DNA of 64,000 bases from Burkholderiales bacterium (GCA_038243995.1 JBBRTV010000010.1:82431-146430); one strand, 5' to 3'; counted from the first letter of the stretch, positions 48,454-60,192 are shown. Program-made: numbers and translations. The notes: generated from the letters alone by a model not told the origin.

Positions 48454-48693
48454 GAAGCGTCGAACCCGTCGGTCCGGGCTCGAAGGGGTGAATCAGGCGA
48501 AAGCGGGTGCTCGGAGCGCGCCCAGGGCGGCGCTGCCCGCCGCGGCGTCTCGCGCAACCGTCGGTTCGTGCCTTCCTGCCCGGTTTCCGGGTTGCCGCCC
48601 GGCTGCCTTCTGCGCATACTCACCAGCACAAGTCGACGACATGGGGCGCAGACAACCCCGCAACCCGGGCGCCTCGCGCCTCGAAGGTGATGA

Positions 48694-50037
48694 ATGTTCA
48701 ATCTCAGGCGCCGGACCGACCCACCCGCTGAATCGACACGCGAGGCGGCACGCGCCGCACCCGACTACGCGAACGCGATCCGATCCATCGCTGCGCAGGC
48801 GGGCGAACTCGGGCGCGGCGCCGCGGAACTCGACGGCGTGATCGAGGACGTCGTCGCCTCCAGCGGTCGCCAGGTCGCGGAAATCGGCCAGCTCGTGTCC
48901 GACATGGATGCGATGGTGGAGTCCAACCGCGCGATCGGCGCCAGCAGCGGGGCCGGGCGCACCGCCGTCGGGCAGGCGCGCGACGCGGTGGCGCACGTGG
49001 GCGAAGGCGTCCTGGGCGTCGTGACGTCGTTGCGCGACGTCGCCCGCGCCGCTGCCGACATCACGCAGATCGCGCTGCAGACGCGCCTGGTCGCGTTCAA
49101 TGCCACTGTCGAGGCCAAGCGCGCCGGCGAGGCGGGGGCGGGCTTCGCCGTGGTGGCCGAGGCCGTCAAGGACCTGGCCTCCAAGGTCGAGCAGTCGTCC
49201 AAGCTGATCATGGCGACCGTCACGCAGCTCGACGCCCGCATCGACATCCTCGCCGCTTCCATCACCGACAACCCCGGCGCTGCCCAGCACAGCCCCTTCC
49301 ACACCGCGCTGTCGCAGGTCGAGGCCAGCGTCAACGAGATCGCGGCCGCCACGCAGCGCAACCTCGTCAGTTGCGAAGCAGTGACGCGCGAGGTCAATGC
49401 GATGTCGACTTCCCTGGCCGCGAATGCCGATGCCCTGAAGCGCGTCAACGCCAACACCCGCCGCTTCCTGCAGGCCTCCGAGACCCTCATCGAGATCACG
49501 AACGATTGCGACGCCGTCACCGCCGACTCGCCGTTCATCGACGCCGTGCAGGACGGCGCCGCCCGGCTGTCGGCGGCGCTGGAGGCCGCGGTGGCGACGG
49601 GCCGCATCACCATGGCCGACCTGTTCGACGAGCACTACCAGCCCGTGGCCGGCAGCAACCCGCCGCAGGTGCTCACCCGTTTCGTCGCTCTCACCGATGC
49701 CGTGTTCCCCGAGGTGCAGGAGCCGCTGCTGGCATTCGATCCCAAGGTCGTCTTTTGTGCCGCGGTCGACCGCAACGGCTACCTGCCGACGCACAACGCC
49801 AAGTTCTCCCGCCAGCAGGGCGCCGATCCGGTGTGGAACGCGGCGCATGCGCGCAACCGGCGAATCTTCAACGACCGCACCGGCCTCGCCGCCGGTCGCA
49901 ACGAGCGCCGCTTCCTGCTGCAGACCTACCGCCGCGACATGGGCGGCGGCCAGCGCGTGTTGATGAAAGACCTGTCGGCGCCTATCACGGTCCAGGGTCG
50001 GCACTGGGGCGCGCTCAGGCTGGCCTATTCGTTCTGA
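48694..50037 (+). CDS. Soluble methyl-accepting chemotaxis protein with C-terminal sensor-like domain
   Basis: [37 protein letters not shown]; no TM segment; C-terminal [10 protein letters not shown]...RNRRIFND...HWGALRLAY. Confidence 0.88.
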   Translation: MFNLRRRTDPPAESTREAARAAPDYANAIRSIAAQAGELGRGAAELDGVIEDVVASSGRQVAEIGQLVSDMDAMVESNRAIGASSGAGRTAVGQARDAVAHVGEGVLGVVTSLRDVARAAADITQIALQTRLVAFNATVEAKRAGEAGAGFAVVAEAVKDLASKVEQSSKLIMATVTQLDARIDILAASITDNPGAAQHSPFHTALSQVEASVNEIAAATQRNLVSCEAVTREVNAMSTSLAANADALKRVNANTRRFLQASETLIEITNDCDAVTADSPFIDAVQDGAARLSAALEAAVATGRITMADLFDEHYQPVAGSNPPQVLTRFVALTDAVFPEVQEPLLAFDPKVVFCAAVDRNGYLPTHNAKFSRQQGADPVWNAAHARNRRIFNDRTGLAAGRNERRFLLQTYRRDMGGGQRVLMKDLSAPITVQGRHWGALRLAYSF

Positions 50038-50117
50038 CACGGGTCCTGCACGCCCGACGGGGGCGTGTCGCGACCTGGCGCCCGCTCCGGCCTTCGGACG
50101 CAGCGAACCAGTTGTTC

Positions 50118-51497
50118 TCAGGCCGGGACGCCCTGGACTTCGATCGCTTGGCAGCGCACCCGGTTGCGCCCCGCATCCTTGGCGGCGTACAGGGCGCGGT
50201 CCGCTGCCTGGAGCAGCCGCGCGGGCGAGCTTGCGCCCGCATCCCGCATGCCCGCCACGCCGATGCTGACGGTCACCGGCGCACTCCCGCTGCCGGCTAC
50301 CCGCAACCGCAGCGCCTCGACCTCGCGCCGGATACGTTCCGCGACGCCGCACGCGCCGGCGATGTCACAGGCGGGCAATACGACCACGAACTCCTCGCCG
50401 CCGTAGCGCGCTACCAGGTCGCCCGGTCGCAATCCCGCGGCGACGATCGCCGCGACGATCGCGCAGAGGCAGGCATCGCCCGCCGGATGGCCGTAGCGGT
50501 CGTTGTAGTCCTTGAACAGGTCGACGTCGATGAGCAGCAGCGCCAGCTGCGCTGCTTCGTCAAGATCGCCTTGGCCGGCATCGGTGCCGCGCTGCAGTGC
50601 GCGGAGCGCGCGTTCATGTTCGATCTGCAGTACTTCGTCGAAGTGGCGGCGGTTGTAGGCCCCGGTGAGCCCGTCTTCGATCGCGAGTCGGCGCATCGAA
50701 GCATCGGCAGCCTGTAGCTGGGTCGCCATGTCCTTGAGGGCGAGCAGCAAGAGGCCGGGCTCGTCGTCGGAGGCGCGGGGCAGCGACGCGTCGAAGTCGC
50801 CGTTGCCGATCGCTGCCGCGAAATGCACGGCCTGTCGCAGCGGGGTCGTGATGCCGACAGTGAGGCGCCAGGCGATGAGCGCCGCCAGCAGCACGGCTGA
50901 TGCGGAGACGATTTCGATGGCCGCGTCGACGCGTTCGGCGCGCGCGCTGAAGCCCTCGATTTCCGCGGCAACGCGCCGACTCTGGAGGTCGGAGAGCCGA
51001 TCGAGTGCGAGCAGCCAGCGGGCGTGCACCGGCGAGACGCTCCGGCTCAGCGTCCGCGCAGCCATGCCGGGGTTGAAGCCGACAACGCTGCTGCGCACCG
51101 AATCGAAGACGGCATCGAGCTGGTGATCCCAGGCGTCCGTCTCCGCGGCCAGCGCCAGCTCTTCCGCCGTGACCACCGTCGCGGCGAAGCGGAACGCGAC
51201 GGCGCGGTAGGCGGCGATCGCGACGTCGATCTGGTGCATGTCGGCCAGCGCGCTGTCGATGTCGTTGGCAAGCCCGAGCCGCTGCCCCAGGCGCTCCTGC
51301 TGCTGGAGCACCTGGCGCATGGTGCCGATGTCGGTCATGCGCGTGTTGGACATCTCCATCATCCGCAACAGCGCCTGCCGCGAATCGCGCGAGCTCGACA
51401 CGGCCAGCCACGCGATCGCGATCATCAACGACAGGATGACGGCGAAGCAGAGGCCGAGGCGCGGGCCGAGGCGCAGATGACGCGGCGACAAGTTCAT
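50118..51497 (-). CDS. Membrane diguanylate cyclase (periplasmic sensor, HAMP, GGDEF)
   Basis: DGLTGAYNRRHF, LIDVDLFKDYNDRYGHPAGD, I-site RPGD, active site GGEEF. Confidence 0.92.
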   Translation of the reverse strand: MNLSPRHLRLGPRLGLCFAVILSLMIAIAWLAVSSSRDSRQALLRMMEMSNTRMTDIGTMRQVLQQQERLGQRLGLANDIDSALADMHQIDVAIAAYRAVAFRFAATVVTAEELALAAETDAWDHQLDAVFDSVRSSVVGFNPGMAARTLSRSVSPVHARWLLALDRLSDLQSRRVAAEIEGFSARAERVDAAIEIVSASAVLLAALIAWRLTVGITTPLRQAVHFAAAIGNGDFDASLPRASDDEPGLLLLALKDMATQLQAADASMRRLAIEDGLTGAYNRRHFDEVLQIEHERALRALQRGTDAGQGDLDEAAQLALLLIDVDLFKDYNDRYGHPAGDACLCAIVAAIVAAGLRPGDLVARYGGEEFVVVLPACDIAGACGVAERIRREVEALRLRVAGSGSAPVTVSIGVAGMRDAGASSPARLLQAADRALYAAKDAGRNRVRCQAIEVQGVPA

Positions 51498-51743
51498 GCG
51501 GAGGAGCCCGGCGGACGGCGATGGGACTCGGCGGCGGCGGGCAGGCGAGATCGGATCGATCCCTTCTCGATATCGGCGCCTGACGTGCGCGGTGAAGGAG
51601 CAACGCACCGAAATCGTGCACTCCTCTGCGCGACTGTCGCTCCAAACTGACAGAACGGTCATCTTTCGGACAGCGTGAGAGTACCGGGGCGGGCCTAGAG
51701 TGCGGGTGTGATCCTCGTACCGAAGTCCGTCTTCGCCCCCGCC

Positions 51744-53189
51744 ATGGCATTTCGCGCCCGCTTCGTCGCTGCGGCGGCGGCGGTAGTGCTTGGCGCCTGC
51801 GCCGCCGGGCCCGAGTACGTGCGCCCAGCGGTCGACCTGCCCTCCGCCTACAAGGAGGCCGGCAACTGGAAGACGGCCGAGCCGCGCACCGTCGAGAGCC
51901 GGCCCTGGTGGCGGGCCTACGGCGACCCGGCGCTGGACGCCCTCATGCAGGACGCCGAGGCCGCGAACCAGAACCTGCGCCAGGCCGAGGCCCAGTACCG
52001 CGAAGCGCGCGCGATCGCCGACGCGGTGCGCGCGGGACTGTGGCCGGGCGTGGGCCTGGACGCGGGCGTCACGCGCGCGCGCACGAACGCAGCGGGCGTG
52101 CGGATCGGCAATGCCGAAAGCCTCGCGCTAGCGGCCACCTGGGAGCCCGACCTGTGGGGAAGCGTGCGGCGCAGCATCGAGTCGGGCGATGCCGGCGCGC
52201 AGGCGAGCGCGGACGATCTCGCCGCCGTCCGCCTGAGCATCCAGGCCGCGCTCGCACAGGACTACCTGGAGTTGCGCATCCTCGACCAGCAGCGCGCGCT
52301 GTACGCATCCACCGCCGAGGCCTACACGCGCGCCCTCGCGCTGACGCAGGCGCAGCATGCCGCTGGCGTGGCCCTGTTGTCGGACGTCGCGCTCGCGCGC
52401 AGCCAGCTCGCGACCGCGCAGGCCCAGGCCGTCGATCTCGACGCCCAGCGCGCGCAGCTCGAGCATGCGATCGCGGTCCTCACTGGCCGCGCCCCGGCGC
52501 AGTTCGACCTGCCGCCGGCGACAGCCGCCAGGCCGTTCGACGGGCTGCTGCCGGCGACGCCGACCGGACTGCCGTCGGAGCTGCTCGAGCGGCGTCCGGA
52601 CATCGCTGCCGCCGAACGCCGCGTGGCGCTCGCCAACGCCAACATCGGCGTGGCCCGCGCGGCGTATTTTCCGCAGCTGACCCTGAGTGCCGCCGGCGGC
52701 TTCAATGCCGCGGCGCTGGCCGGGCTGTTCGATACGCCCGGCCGGGTCTGGTCGCTCGGCGCCGCGCTCGCGCAGACGGTGTTCGACGGTGGCCTGCGCC
52801 GCGCACACGACGCCCAGGCCGTCGCTGCCTACGACATTGCTGTGGCCCAGTACAAGCAGACGGTGCTGACCGGTTTCCAGCAGGTCGAGGACAAGCTCGC
52901 GACGCTGCGCCTCCTGGATAGTGAAGCCGACCTGCAGGCGCAGGCCGTGGAAGCCGCGCAACTGGCCGAACGCCTCGCGCTCAGCCAGTACCGCGCCGGC
53001 ACGGCCAGCTACCTGGGCGTCGTCACCGCGCAAACCTTGTCGCTGGGCAACCAGCGCATCGCCGTGCAGTTGCGCGGTCGCCAGCTCGCCGCCAGCGTCG
53101 GCCTGGTCACCGCCACGGGAGGTGGCTGGGACGCCGCCGCCCGCGCCGACGCCGTCGCGCCCGCCCCGACGCATGAGCCCAAGACATGA
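51744..53189 (+). CDS. RND efflux outer-membrane lipoprotein (NodT family)
   Basis: Lipobox LGAC, WEPDLWG, PSELLERRPDIAAAERR; start is 51744 or 51708. Confidence 0.92.
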   Translation: MAFRARFVAAAAAVVLGACAAGPEYVRPAVDLPSAYKEAGNWKTAEPRTVESRPWWRAYGDPALDALMQDAEAANQNLRQAEAQYREARAIADAVRAGLWPGVGLDAGVTRARTNAAGVRIGNAESLALAATWEPDLWGSVRRSIESGDAGAQASADDLAAVRLSIQAALAQDYLELRILDQQRALYASTAEAYTRALALTQAQHAAGVALLSDVALARSQLATAQAQAVDLDAQRAQLEHAIAVLTGRAPAQFDLPPATAARPFDGLLPATPTGLPSELLERRPDIAAAERRVALANANIGVARAAYFPQLTLSAAGGFNAAALAGLFDTPGRVWSLGAALAQTVFDGGLRRAHDAQAVAAYDIAVAQYKQTVLTGFQQVEDKLATLRLLDSEADLQAQAVEAAQLAERLALSQYRAGTASYLGVVTAQTLSLGNQRIAVQLRGRQLAASVGLVTATGGGWDAAARADAVAPAPTHEPKT

Positions 53190-54406
53190 ACACGACCCGC
53201 CTTACTCACCGCGCCCGCTGGGCCCTTGCCGCCGCCGTGGCTGTCCTGGCCGGCACCGGCCTGTGGGCGCTGGCCCACCGCGGCGCCGAGGCCGCCGAGA
53301 CCCGGAAATCCACCGCCGCCCTCGCCGTCGCGGTCGCCGTGACGACGACGACAGTCAAGGCGGAGGACGTGCCGCTCTACCGGCCCGGCATCGGCTCGGT
53401 CACGCCAGCGGCCACGGTGACGGTCAAGGCCCGCATCGACGGCCAGCTCGACCAGGTCGGGTTCTCCGAAGGCCAGGACGTCAAGGCCGGACAGGTGCTG
53501 GCGCGCATCGATCCGCGCACGCTGCAGGCGCAGCTCATGCAGGTGCAGGCGCTGCGCGCGCGCGACCAGGCCCAGGCGGCGAACGCGCGTGCCGACCTGC
53601 AGCGCTACACGACGCTGCTGGCGCAGGACGCCGCGACCCGGCAGCAGGTCGACACCCAGAAGGCCCTGGTCGCGCAACTCGACGCCACCGTCCGCACCGA
53701 CGACGCGCAGGTCAACTACGCGCAGGTGCAGCTCGGCTTCACGACCATCACCGCGCCCATCGGCGGGCGGGTGGGTGCGCGGCTGGTCGACCCCGGCAAC
53801 ATCGTGCACGCGGCGGACGCCGGCGGGCTGGTCGTCATCAACCAGATCGATCCGGTCTCGGTCGTGTTCACGCTGCCCGAGGACGCCGTGCAGGACATCA
53901 ACCAGGCCCAGGACACCAGCCGCCAGCCGCTGGCGGTGCAGGCCTTCGCGCGCGAAGGCAACGCGCTGCTCGGCACGGGCAAGCTGACGCTGCTCAACAA
54001 CCAGATCGACGCGGCCACCGGCACCGTCCAGCTCAAGGCCAGCTTCCCGAACCCGCGGCGCCGGCTCTGGCCGGGCCAGTTCGTCAATGTGCGGCTTGTG
54101 CTGGGCATCCGTCGGCAGTCGCTCACCGTGCCCTCCGGCGTCGTCCAGCGCTCTCAGGCGGGCTTGTTCGCCTATGTGGTCGAGCCGGACGGCAAGACCG
54201 TACGGAGCCGGCCGATCTCCGTGTTGCAGATCGAGGACGGCGTCGCGGTGATCGACAAGGGGCTGGCGGCCGGCGAGCGCGTCGTCGTCGACGGGCAATA
54301 CAAGCTCAAGCCGGGCGCGCGCATCCTCGAGACGGCCCGCGCCGCATCCGCGCCCGCGAGCGCGACTGCGACCGTCGCCACGGCAGGCACCGGGGCCCGC
54401 CCGTGA
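53186..54406 (+). CDS. RND periplasmic adaptor (MdtA-like)
   Basis: VKARIDGQL...GQVLARIDPR, ITAPIGGRVG, LWPGQFVNV. Confidence 0.92.
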   Translation: MNTTRLTHRARWALAAAVAVLAGTGLWALAHRGAEAAETRKSTAALAVAVAVTTTTVKAEDVPLYRPGIGSVTPAATVTVKARIDGQLDQVGFSEGQDVKAGQVLARIDPRTLQAQLMQVQALRARDQAQAANARADLQRYTTLLAQDAATRQQVDTQKALVAQLDATVRTDDAQVNYAQVQLGFTTITAPIGGRVGARLVDPGNIVHAADAGGLVVINQIDPVSVVFTLPEDAVQDINQAQDTSRQPLAVQAFAREGNALLGTGKLTLLNNQIDAATGTVQLKASFPNPRRRLWPGQFVNVRLVLGIRRQSLTVPSGVVQRSQAGLFAYVVEPDGKTVRSRPISVLQIEDGVAVIDKGLAAGERVVVDGQYKLKPGARILETARAASAPASATATVATAGTGARP

Positions 54407-57400
54407 GCATCTCGACCGCTTTCATCAAGCGCCCCATCGGCACCACGCTGCTGGCGTTGGCCATCCTGCTCGTCGGCGTGGCGGTGTTCCCGTTGCTCCC
54501 GGTCGCGCCGCTGCCGCAAGTCGATTTCCCCACGATCCAGGTCTCGGCGAACCTGCCCGGGGCGAGTCCCGAGACCATGGCCTCGAACGTCGCCCAGCCG
54601 CTGGAGCGCCAGTTCTCGCTCATCGCCGGCCTGAGCCAGATGACCTCGACCAACGGCATCGGCTCGTCGCAGATCACCCTGCAGTTCGACCTGGATCGAC
54701 CGATCGACGCGGCGGCCCTCGACGTCCAGGCCGCGATCAACGCATCGAGTGGCCAGTTGCCGCCGAACCTGCCGAACCCGCCCACCTTCCGCAAGGTGAA
54801 TCCGGCGGACTCGCCCATCATGCTGCTGACGGTGCAGTCGAAGACCTTGCCGCTGATCGAGGTCAACGACTTCGCGGACAACATCCTCGCGCAGCAGATC
54901 TCGCAGATCTCGGGGGTGGGCCTGGTGCGCATCGGCGGCGCACAGAAGCCGGCGGTCCGCATCCAGGTCGATCCGGCCCGGCTGGCCGCGCTCGGCATCA
55001 GCCTGGAGGACATCCGCGGCGTCATCGCGACCATGTCGGTCAATCAGCCCAAGGGCACGATCGACGGCGCCACGCAGAGCTTCACGGTCTACACCAATGA
55101 CCAGCTGCTCAAGGCCGCGCCGTGGAACGACGTCGTGCTGGCGTACAGGAACGGTGCGCCGATCCGCGTGCGGGACGTCGGCGTGGCGATCGATGCGCCC
55201 GAGGACAACAAGGTCGCCGCCTGGGCCTACGCCGGCGCGGCCGCGCCCGACAGCGGCATCCAGGACGGGCGCGGGATGATCCTCGTGATCACCAAGCAGC
55301 CCGGCGCCAACGTGATCGACACGGTCGACCGCATCCAGGCCGCGCTGCCGCGCCTCGAGGCCTCGATCCCGCCGACGGTGGAGGTCAATACGCTGATCGA
55401 CCGGACGCAGACCATCCGCGCCTCCGTGCACGACGTCGAATTCACGCTGATGCTCACGATCGCGCTCGTCGTGATGGTGATCTTCATCTTCCTGCGCAAC
55501 GTGGCCGCCACGCTGATTCCAAGCGCGACCGTGCCGCTGGCACTGGCCGGCACCGCGGCCATCATGTACCTCGTGGGGTACAGCCTGGACAACCTGTCCC
55601 TGATGGCGCTGACCATCGCGGTCGGCTTCGTCGTCGACGACGCGATCGTGATGCTCGAGAACATCTACCGCCACGTCGAAGAAGGCATGAGCCCGATGGA
55701 CGCCGCGATCAAGGGCGCCGGGGAGATCGGCTTCACCATCATCTCGATCTCGGTCTCGCTGGTCGCCGTTTTCATCCCGTTGCTGCTGATGGGCGGCATC
55801 GTCGGCCGGCTGTTTCGCGAGTTCGCGGTGACGGTGACGCTGACCATCGCCGTCTCGGTGGTGATCTCGCTGACCCTCACGCCGATGCTCTGCTCGCGTT
55901 TCCTCAAGAATGAGCACGCACGCAAGCATGGCTATCTTCACGAGCTGTTCGAGCGCGGGTTCGATCGCCTGCAGGACGGCTACAAGAGGGGCCTCGAGAG
56001 GGTGCTGCGCCATCAGTTCGCCACGCTGATGGTGTTCCTCGCGACGCTCGCGGCGACCGTCGCGCTGTTCGTCGTCATCCCGAAGGGCTTCTTCCCGCAG
56101 CAGGACACCGGCTTCATCTTCGGCAACGCGCAGACGTCGCAAGACTCGTCGTTCGAGGGGATGAACCGGCGCATGCTGCAATTCGCCGACATCGTGCGCC
56201 AGGATCCGGACGTTACCGGCCTGGGGATGTTCGGCAACTCGTCGCAGTTCAACACCGGCAACTTCTTCATCGCGCTCAAGCCCAAGGACCAGGGCCGCGC
56301 CCTGAGCGCCGACCAGATCATCGCGCGACTGCGGCCGAAGCTCGCCGCCGTCGAGGGGGCGTCCCTGCTGATGCAGGCCGGGCAGGACATCAACGTCGGC
56401 GGACGCCTGGCGCGCACGCAGTATCAGTACACGCTCACCGACGCCAACCTCGCCGAGCTCAACGAATGGTCGCCCAAGCTGCTGGCGCGCTTCGCGCAGC
56501 TGCCGCAACTCACCGACGTGGCCTCCGACCTCCAGAATGCGGCCACGACGGCCTCGCTGACGATAGACCGCGACCGTGCCGCGAGTTTCGGGATCTCGCC
56601 GGCCGCGATCGACTCGACGATCTACGACGCGATCGGCCAGCGCCAGGTCAGCCAGTTCTTCACGCAGATCAACAGCTACCACGTGGTGCTCGAAGTCACG
56701 CCGAAGCTGCAGGCTGATCCGTCGCTGTTCGGCAAGCTCTACCTGACCTCGCCGCTCACGGGCGAGCAGGTACCCCTGTCGACGTTCGTGAAAGTCGACA
56801 CGACGAAGACGGCCTACCTGTCGATCAGCCACCAGAGCCAGTTCCCGGCCGTGACGCTGTCGTTCAACCTGGCGCCCGGAGTGGCCCTGGGCGAGGCCGT
56901 CGCGGCGATCGACAAGGCGCAGGCGGACATGGCCCTGCCGCAGGCGCTCACGGGCTCGTTCCAGGGCTCGGCGCAGGCCTTCCAGGACTCGCTGCACAGC
57001 CAGCCCTACCTGATCGCGGCCGCGCTGGTCGCGGTCTACATCGTCCTGGGCCTGCTCTACGAGAGCTTCATCCACCCGCTGACCATCCTCTCGACGCTGC
57101 CCTCGGCCGGCGTCGGGGCGCTGCTGATCCTGATGGCAGGCGGCTACGACCTCACCGTGATCGCGCTGATCGGAATCATCCTGCTGATCGGCATCGTGAA
57201 GAAGAACGGCATCATGATGGTCGACTTCGCGTTGACCGCCGAACGCGAGCAGGGCATGGCGCCGCAGGAAGCCATCTACCGCGCCTGCCTGCTGCGCTTC
57301 CGCCCGATCATGATGACGACGATGTGCGCACTGCTCAGCGGCCTGCCGCTGATGCTCGGCCACGGGGCCGGCTCCGAACTGCGGCGCCCGCTGGGCTACG

Positions 57401-57576
57401 CGATGGTCGGCGGGCTGGTGATGTCGCAGGCGCTGACGCTGTTCACGACGCCGGTGGTATACCTCTACCTCGATAGTGCCCACTACTGGTTCGAGGCGCG
57501 GCGGGCTGCCCGCAAAGCGCGCAAGACAGCGCAGCTCGAGGGCGCCCCGCCCGCGGTCGCGACCGACGCGCCCTGA
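54403..57576 (+). CDS. RND efflux permease (MdtB/C-like, HAE1)
   Basis: [48 protein letters not shown]; GTG start overlapping the adaptor stop. Confidence 0.95.
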   Translation: MSISTAFIKRPIGTTLLALAILLVGVAVFPLLPVAPLPQVDFPTIQVSANLPGASPETMASNVAQPLERQFSLIAGLSQMTSTNGIGSSQITLQFDLDRPIDAAALDVQAAINASSGQLPPNLPNPPTFRKVNPADSPIMLLTVQSKTLPLIEVNDFADNILAQQISQISGVGLVRIGGAQKPAVRIQVDPARLAALGISLEDIRGVIATMSVNQPKGTIDGATQSFTVYTNDQLLKAAPWNDVVLAYRNGAPIRVRDVGVAIDAPEDNKVAAWAYAGAAAPDSGIQDGRGMILVITKQPGANVIDTVDRIQAALPRLEASIPPTVEVNTLIDRTQTIRASVHDVEFTLMLTIALVVMVIFIFLRNVAATLIPSATVPLALAGTAAIMYLVGYSLDNLSLMALTIAVGFVVDDAIVMLENIYRHVEEGMSPMDAAIKGAGEIGFTIISISVSLVAVFIPLLLMGGIVGRLFREFAVTVTLTIAVSVVISLTLTPMLCSRFLKNEHARKHGYLHELFERGFDRLQDGYKRGLERVLRHQFATLMVFLATLAATVALFVVIPKGFFPQQDTGFIFGNAQTSQDSSFEGMNRRMLQFADIVRQDPDVTGLGMFGNSSQFNTGNFFIALKPKDQGRALSADQIIARLRPKLAAVEGASLLMQAGQDINVGGRLARTQYQYTLTDANLAELNEWSPKLLARFAQLPQLTDVASDLQNAATTASLTIDRDRAASFGISPAAIDSTIYDAIGQRQVSQFFTQINSYHVVLEVTPKLQADPSLFGKLYLTSPLTGEQVPLSTFVKVDTTKTAYLSISHQSQFPAVTLSFNLAPGVALGEAVAAIDKAQADMALPQALTGSFQGSAQAFQDSLHSQPYLIAAALVAVYIVLGLLYESFIHPLTILSTLPSAGVGALLILMAGGYDLTVIALIGIILLIGIVKKNGIMMVDFALTAEREQGMAPQEAIYRACLLRFRPIMMTTMCALLSGLPLMLGHGAGSELRRPLGYAMVGGLVMSQALTLFTTPVVYLYLDSAHYWFEARRAARKARKTAQLEGAPPAVATDAP

Positions 57577-57610
57577 ACCCGCCGGCGCACAGCCCCCTGC
57601 GAACCGCCCC

Positions 57611-58297
57611 ATGAAGCTGCTGATCGTCGAAGACGAGCTCAAGACCGCCGAGTACCTGCGCAAAGGCCTGGCCGAACAGGGCTGTGCCGTCGACGTGGCG
57701 CACGACGGGATCGACGGCCAGCACCTCGCGCTGACGCACGACTACGACGTGATCGTGCTCGACGCCATGCTGCCCGGGCTCGACGGCTTCGCGCTGCTGC
57801 GCGCGCTGCGTCTCGTGAAGCAGACCCCGGTCATCATGCTCACCGCGCGCGATTCGATCGAGGATCGGGTGCGCGGGCTCCACGACGGCGCCGACGACTA
57901 TCTCGTCAAGCCGTTCTCGTTCCTCGAACTCCTGGCACGGCTGCAGGCGCTGCAACGGCGCGGACGCAGCCAGGAGCCGTCGCAACTGCGGATCGCCAAC
58001 CTGCATGTCGACCTGATCGCACGCAAGGCAACGCGCGGCGGCACGCGCATCGATCTCACGGCCAAGGAATTCGCCCTGCTGGCCGTGCTCGCGCGTCGCC
58101 AGGGCGAGATTCTCTCGAAGACGGCGATCGCGGAACTCGTGTGGGACATGTCCTTCGACAGCAACACCAACGTCGTCGAGGTCGCCATCAAGCGCCTGCG
58201 CGCCAAGATCGATGCGCCGTTCGCCCCCAAGCTCCTGCACACCCTGCGCGGCATGGGTTACGTGCTGGAGCCGCGCGACGAGGAGGCCGCCTCATGA
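57611..58297 (+). CDS. CusR/CzcR-type response regulator
   Basis: [57 protein letters not shown]. Confidence 0.93.
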   Translation: MKLLIVEDELKTAEYLRKGLAEQGCAVDVAHDGIDGQHLALTHDYDVIVLDAMLPGLDGFALLRALRLVKQTPVIMLTARDSIEDRVRGLHDGADDYLVKPFSFLELLARLQALQRRGRSQEPSQLRIANLHVDLIARKATRGGTRIDLTAKEFALLAVLARRQGEILSKTAIAELVWDMSFDSNTNVVEVAIKRLRAKIDAPFAPKLLHTLRGMGYVLEPRDEEAAS

Positions 58298-59685
58298 AGC
58301 GGTCGATCACCACCCGGCTGGTTCTCATGTTCGCGTTCGGCGTGCTGGCGACCTTCGCCCTGTTAGGCGCCGCGCTGTACGGCGTGCTCGAGCGCGAACT
58401 GGCGCGCCACCAGGCCGACGACCTCAACACCAACCTGCAGAACCTGCGTTATTCGATCGAGCGCTTCGGTACGCTGGATCGATGGGCGCGCATCCAGTCC
58501 AAGATGGACACGCTCACGCCCGGCGACGGCAGCGTGCGCTTCTGGGTGCTGAGCGACGACCCGCGCTTCCAGTACGGCAAGGGACTCGATCAGATCGAGC
58601 GCATCAGCCAGGAGCCCGATGGTCGCGGTACCCTCGTGTTGCCACCGCGCTCGCAGTCGTTCCGCACCCTGTCGATGCGCATCGCACCGCTCGCGGAGCG
58701 CCCCGCGGTGCGCCTGATCGTCGGCGTCGACACCGCGCCGTACGAACATACCCTGCACGCGTTCCTGATCGCGTTGACGCTGCTGTCGCTGGGCGCGATG
58801 GCGCTGGTGATGCTGCTCGGCTACTGGATCGCGCGCATCGGCCTGCGGCCGCTCCAGCAACTTTCGCTGGAGGCCCAGGCGCTGCGGCCGAAGACGCTGT
58901 CGCAACGCCTGCACGTGGATCGCCTGCCGGTCGAACTGGAAGACCTGACGGTGGCCTTCAACGGCGCCCTGGGCCGGCTCGAGGAGGCCTACCAGCAGCT
59001 CGAGGCTTTCAATGCCGATGTCGCGCATGAATTGCGCACGCCGCTGGCCAACATGATCGGTGGCACCCAGGTTGCATTGTCGCGTCCGCGCAGCGCGGCG
59101 GAGTTCCAGGACACTCTGCAGTCGAACCTGGAGGAGATGGAGCGGCTGCGCTCTATCGTCAACGACATGCTGTTCCTTGCCCGCGCCGACCAGGGCGAAG
59201 CCGCGACGGGCCTGTCGGAGGCGGGCGTCGCGCACGAGGTGGAGATGACCATCGAGTTCTTCGAGCCGCTGCTCGACGAGACCGGCATGACGGTGGCCCT
59301 CGAGGGCGAGCTGGCCGCGCGGGCGACGATGAGCGTCGCGCTGTTTCGTCGTGCGCTCTCCAACCTGTTGCAGAACGCGATCGAGCATTCGGCCCCGGGC
59401 GCCCGCCTGGCCGTGACCATCAACCGGCGCCTCGGCGCGATCTGGATCGACGTGTCGAATCCGGGCCCGGCCATCGCCGGCATGCACCTGCCGCGGTTGT
59501 TCGACCGCTTCTACCGCGTCGACGTCTCGCGCCACGACGCTGGCGAGCGACATGGCAACGGACTGGGCCTGGCGATCGTGAAGGCGGTGGCGAACATGCA
59601 CGGCGGCGCGGTCGAGGCACGCAGCGGCGAGGGGGTCACCACGGTGGCGTTCAGTGTGCCGGGCGCACCCGCACGCGAGGGCTAG
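58294..59685 (+). CDS. CusS/CzcS-type sensor histidine kinase
   Basis: Two TM segments, [37 protein letters not shown]. Confidence 0.93.
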   Translation: MKRSITTRLVLMFAFGVLATFALLGAALYGVLERELARHQADDLNTNLQNLRYSIERFGTLDRWARIQSKMDTLTPGDGSVRFWVLSDDPRFQYGKGLDQIERISQEPDGRGTLVLPPRSQSFRTLSMRIAPLAERPAVRLIVGVDTAPYEHTLHAFLIALTLLSLGAMALVMLLGYWIARIGLRPLQQLSLEAQALRPKTLSQRLHVDRLPVELEDLTVAFNGALGRLEEAYQQLEAFNADVAHELRTPLANMIGGTQVALSRPRSAAEFQDTLQSNLEEMERLRSIVNDMLFLARADQGEAATGLSEAGVAHEVEMTIEFFEPLLDETGMTVALEGELAARATMSVALFRRALSNLLQNAIEHSAPGARLAVTINRRLGAIWIDVSNPGPAIAGMHLPRLFDRFYRVDVSRHDAGERHGNGLGLAIVKAVANMHGGAVEARSGEGVTTVAFSVPGAPAREG

Positions 59686-59686
59686 C

Positions 59687-59721
59687 GGGGTTGGTGGGGG
59701 TTGGTAGGGGGTTGGTAGGGG
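59687..59721 (+). repeat. G-rich tandem repeat (about 11-bp unit GGGGGTTGGTA, three copies)
   Basis: GGGG-TTGGT-GGGGG-TTGGTA-GGGGG-TTGGTA-GGGG between convergent genes. Confidence 0.8.
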
Positions 59722-59728
59722 TCGCACG

Positions 59729-60169
59729 TCACGGACGCTCGTCGCCGCCGCCGCCTGCAGACAGGGGCGCGGTGCCGGCATCGGGTGCGGGCACGGACGT
59801 GCGCGCCGCGGTGTCGACGATGAATCGGCCGCCGCGCTCGTTCTCGACCAGCAGCGTGCCGTCGGCCTGCAGCGTCATTGCGCGGAAGAACACATCCTGG
59901 ACATCGCCCTCCATCGAGGGATCGCGCTGGTTGTCGTAGACCTTCAGCGCCCACAGCCGTTCGCTGCTGGCTGCGTCCACGGCGGCCAGGTAACCGCCCA
60001 TCTGGCCGAATCCTTCGACCAGGCCGTTGCGCACCTGCTCGTAGCGAATGGGCGAAATGCTGATTGGCGGGACGACCGGCGAGGGCCCCCGGCTGGCTCG
60101 CAAGGGTGCGGCGCTGCTTCCTGGAGGCGTCGACGCACGGCGATGGGCGCGGCTCGATTCGATAGGCAT
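59729..60169 (-). CDS. Conserved hypothetical protein (146 aa)
   Basis: GGAG RBS; IRYEQ...GQMGGYLAAVD...RLWALKVYDNQRDPSMEGDVQDVFF...LLVENERGGRF reads as a real beta-rich protein. It lies within the longer tracked ORF 59729-60862. Confidence 0.7.
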   Translation of the reverse strand: MPIESSRAHRRASTPPGSSAAPLRASRGPSPVVPPISISPIRYEQVRNGLVEGFGQMGGYLAAVDAASSERLWALKVYDNQRDPSMEGDVQDVFFRAMTLQADGTLLVENERGGRFIVDTAARTSVPAPDAGTAPLSAGGGGDERP

Positions 60170-60192
60170 GGGATTGTCTCCGTGAGGGGATG

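Noticed and set aside
48580-48596. GG-N10-GC (sigma54-like) upstream of the soluble MCP, similar to CCGGTTTCCGGTTGC near 61300
   Set aside because: The -24 element does not match TGGCAC, and the second copy has different spacing and opposite orientation relative to its gene.
59692-59717. TGGT repeats with 10/11-bp spacing in the G-rich repeat resemble the NagQ operator geometry
   Set aside because: They lack the conserved AG before the second TGGT and lie between convergent genes with no promoter to control.
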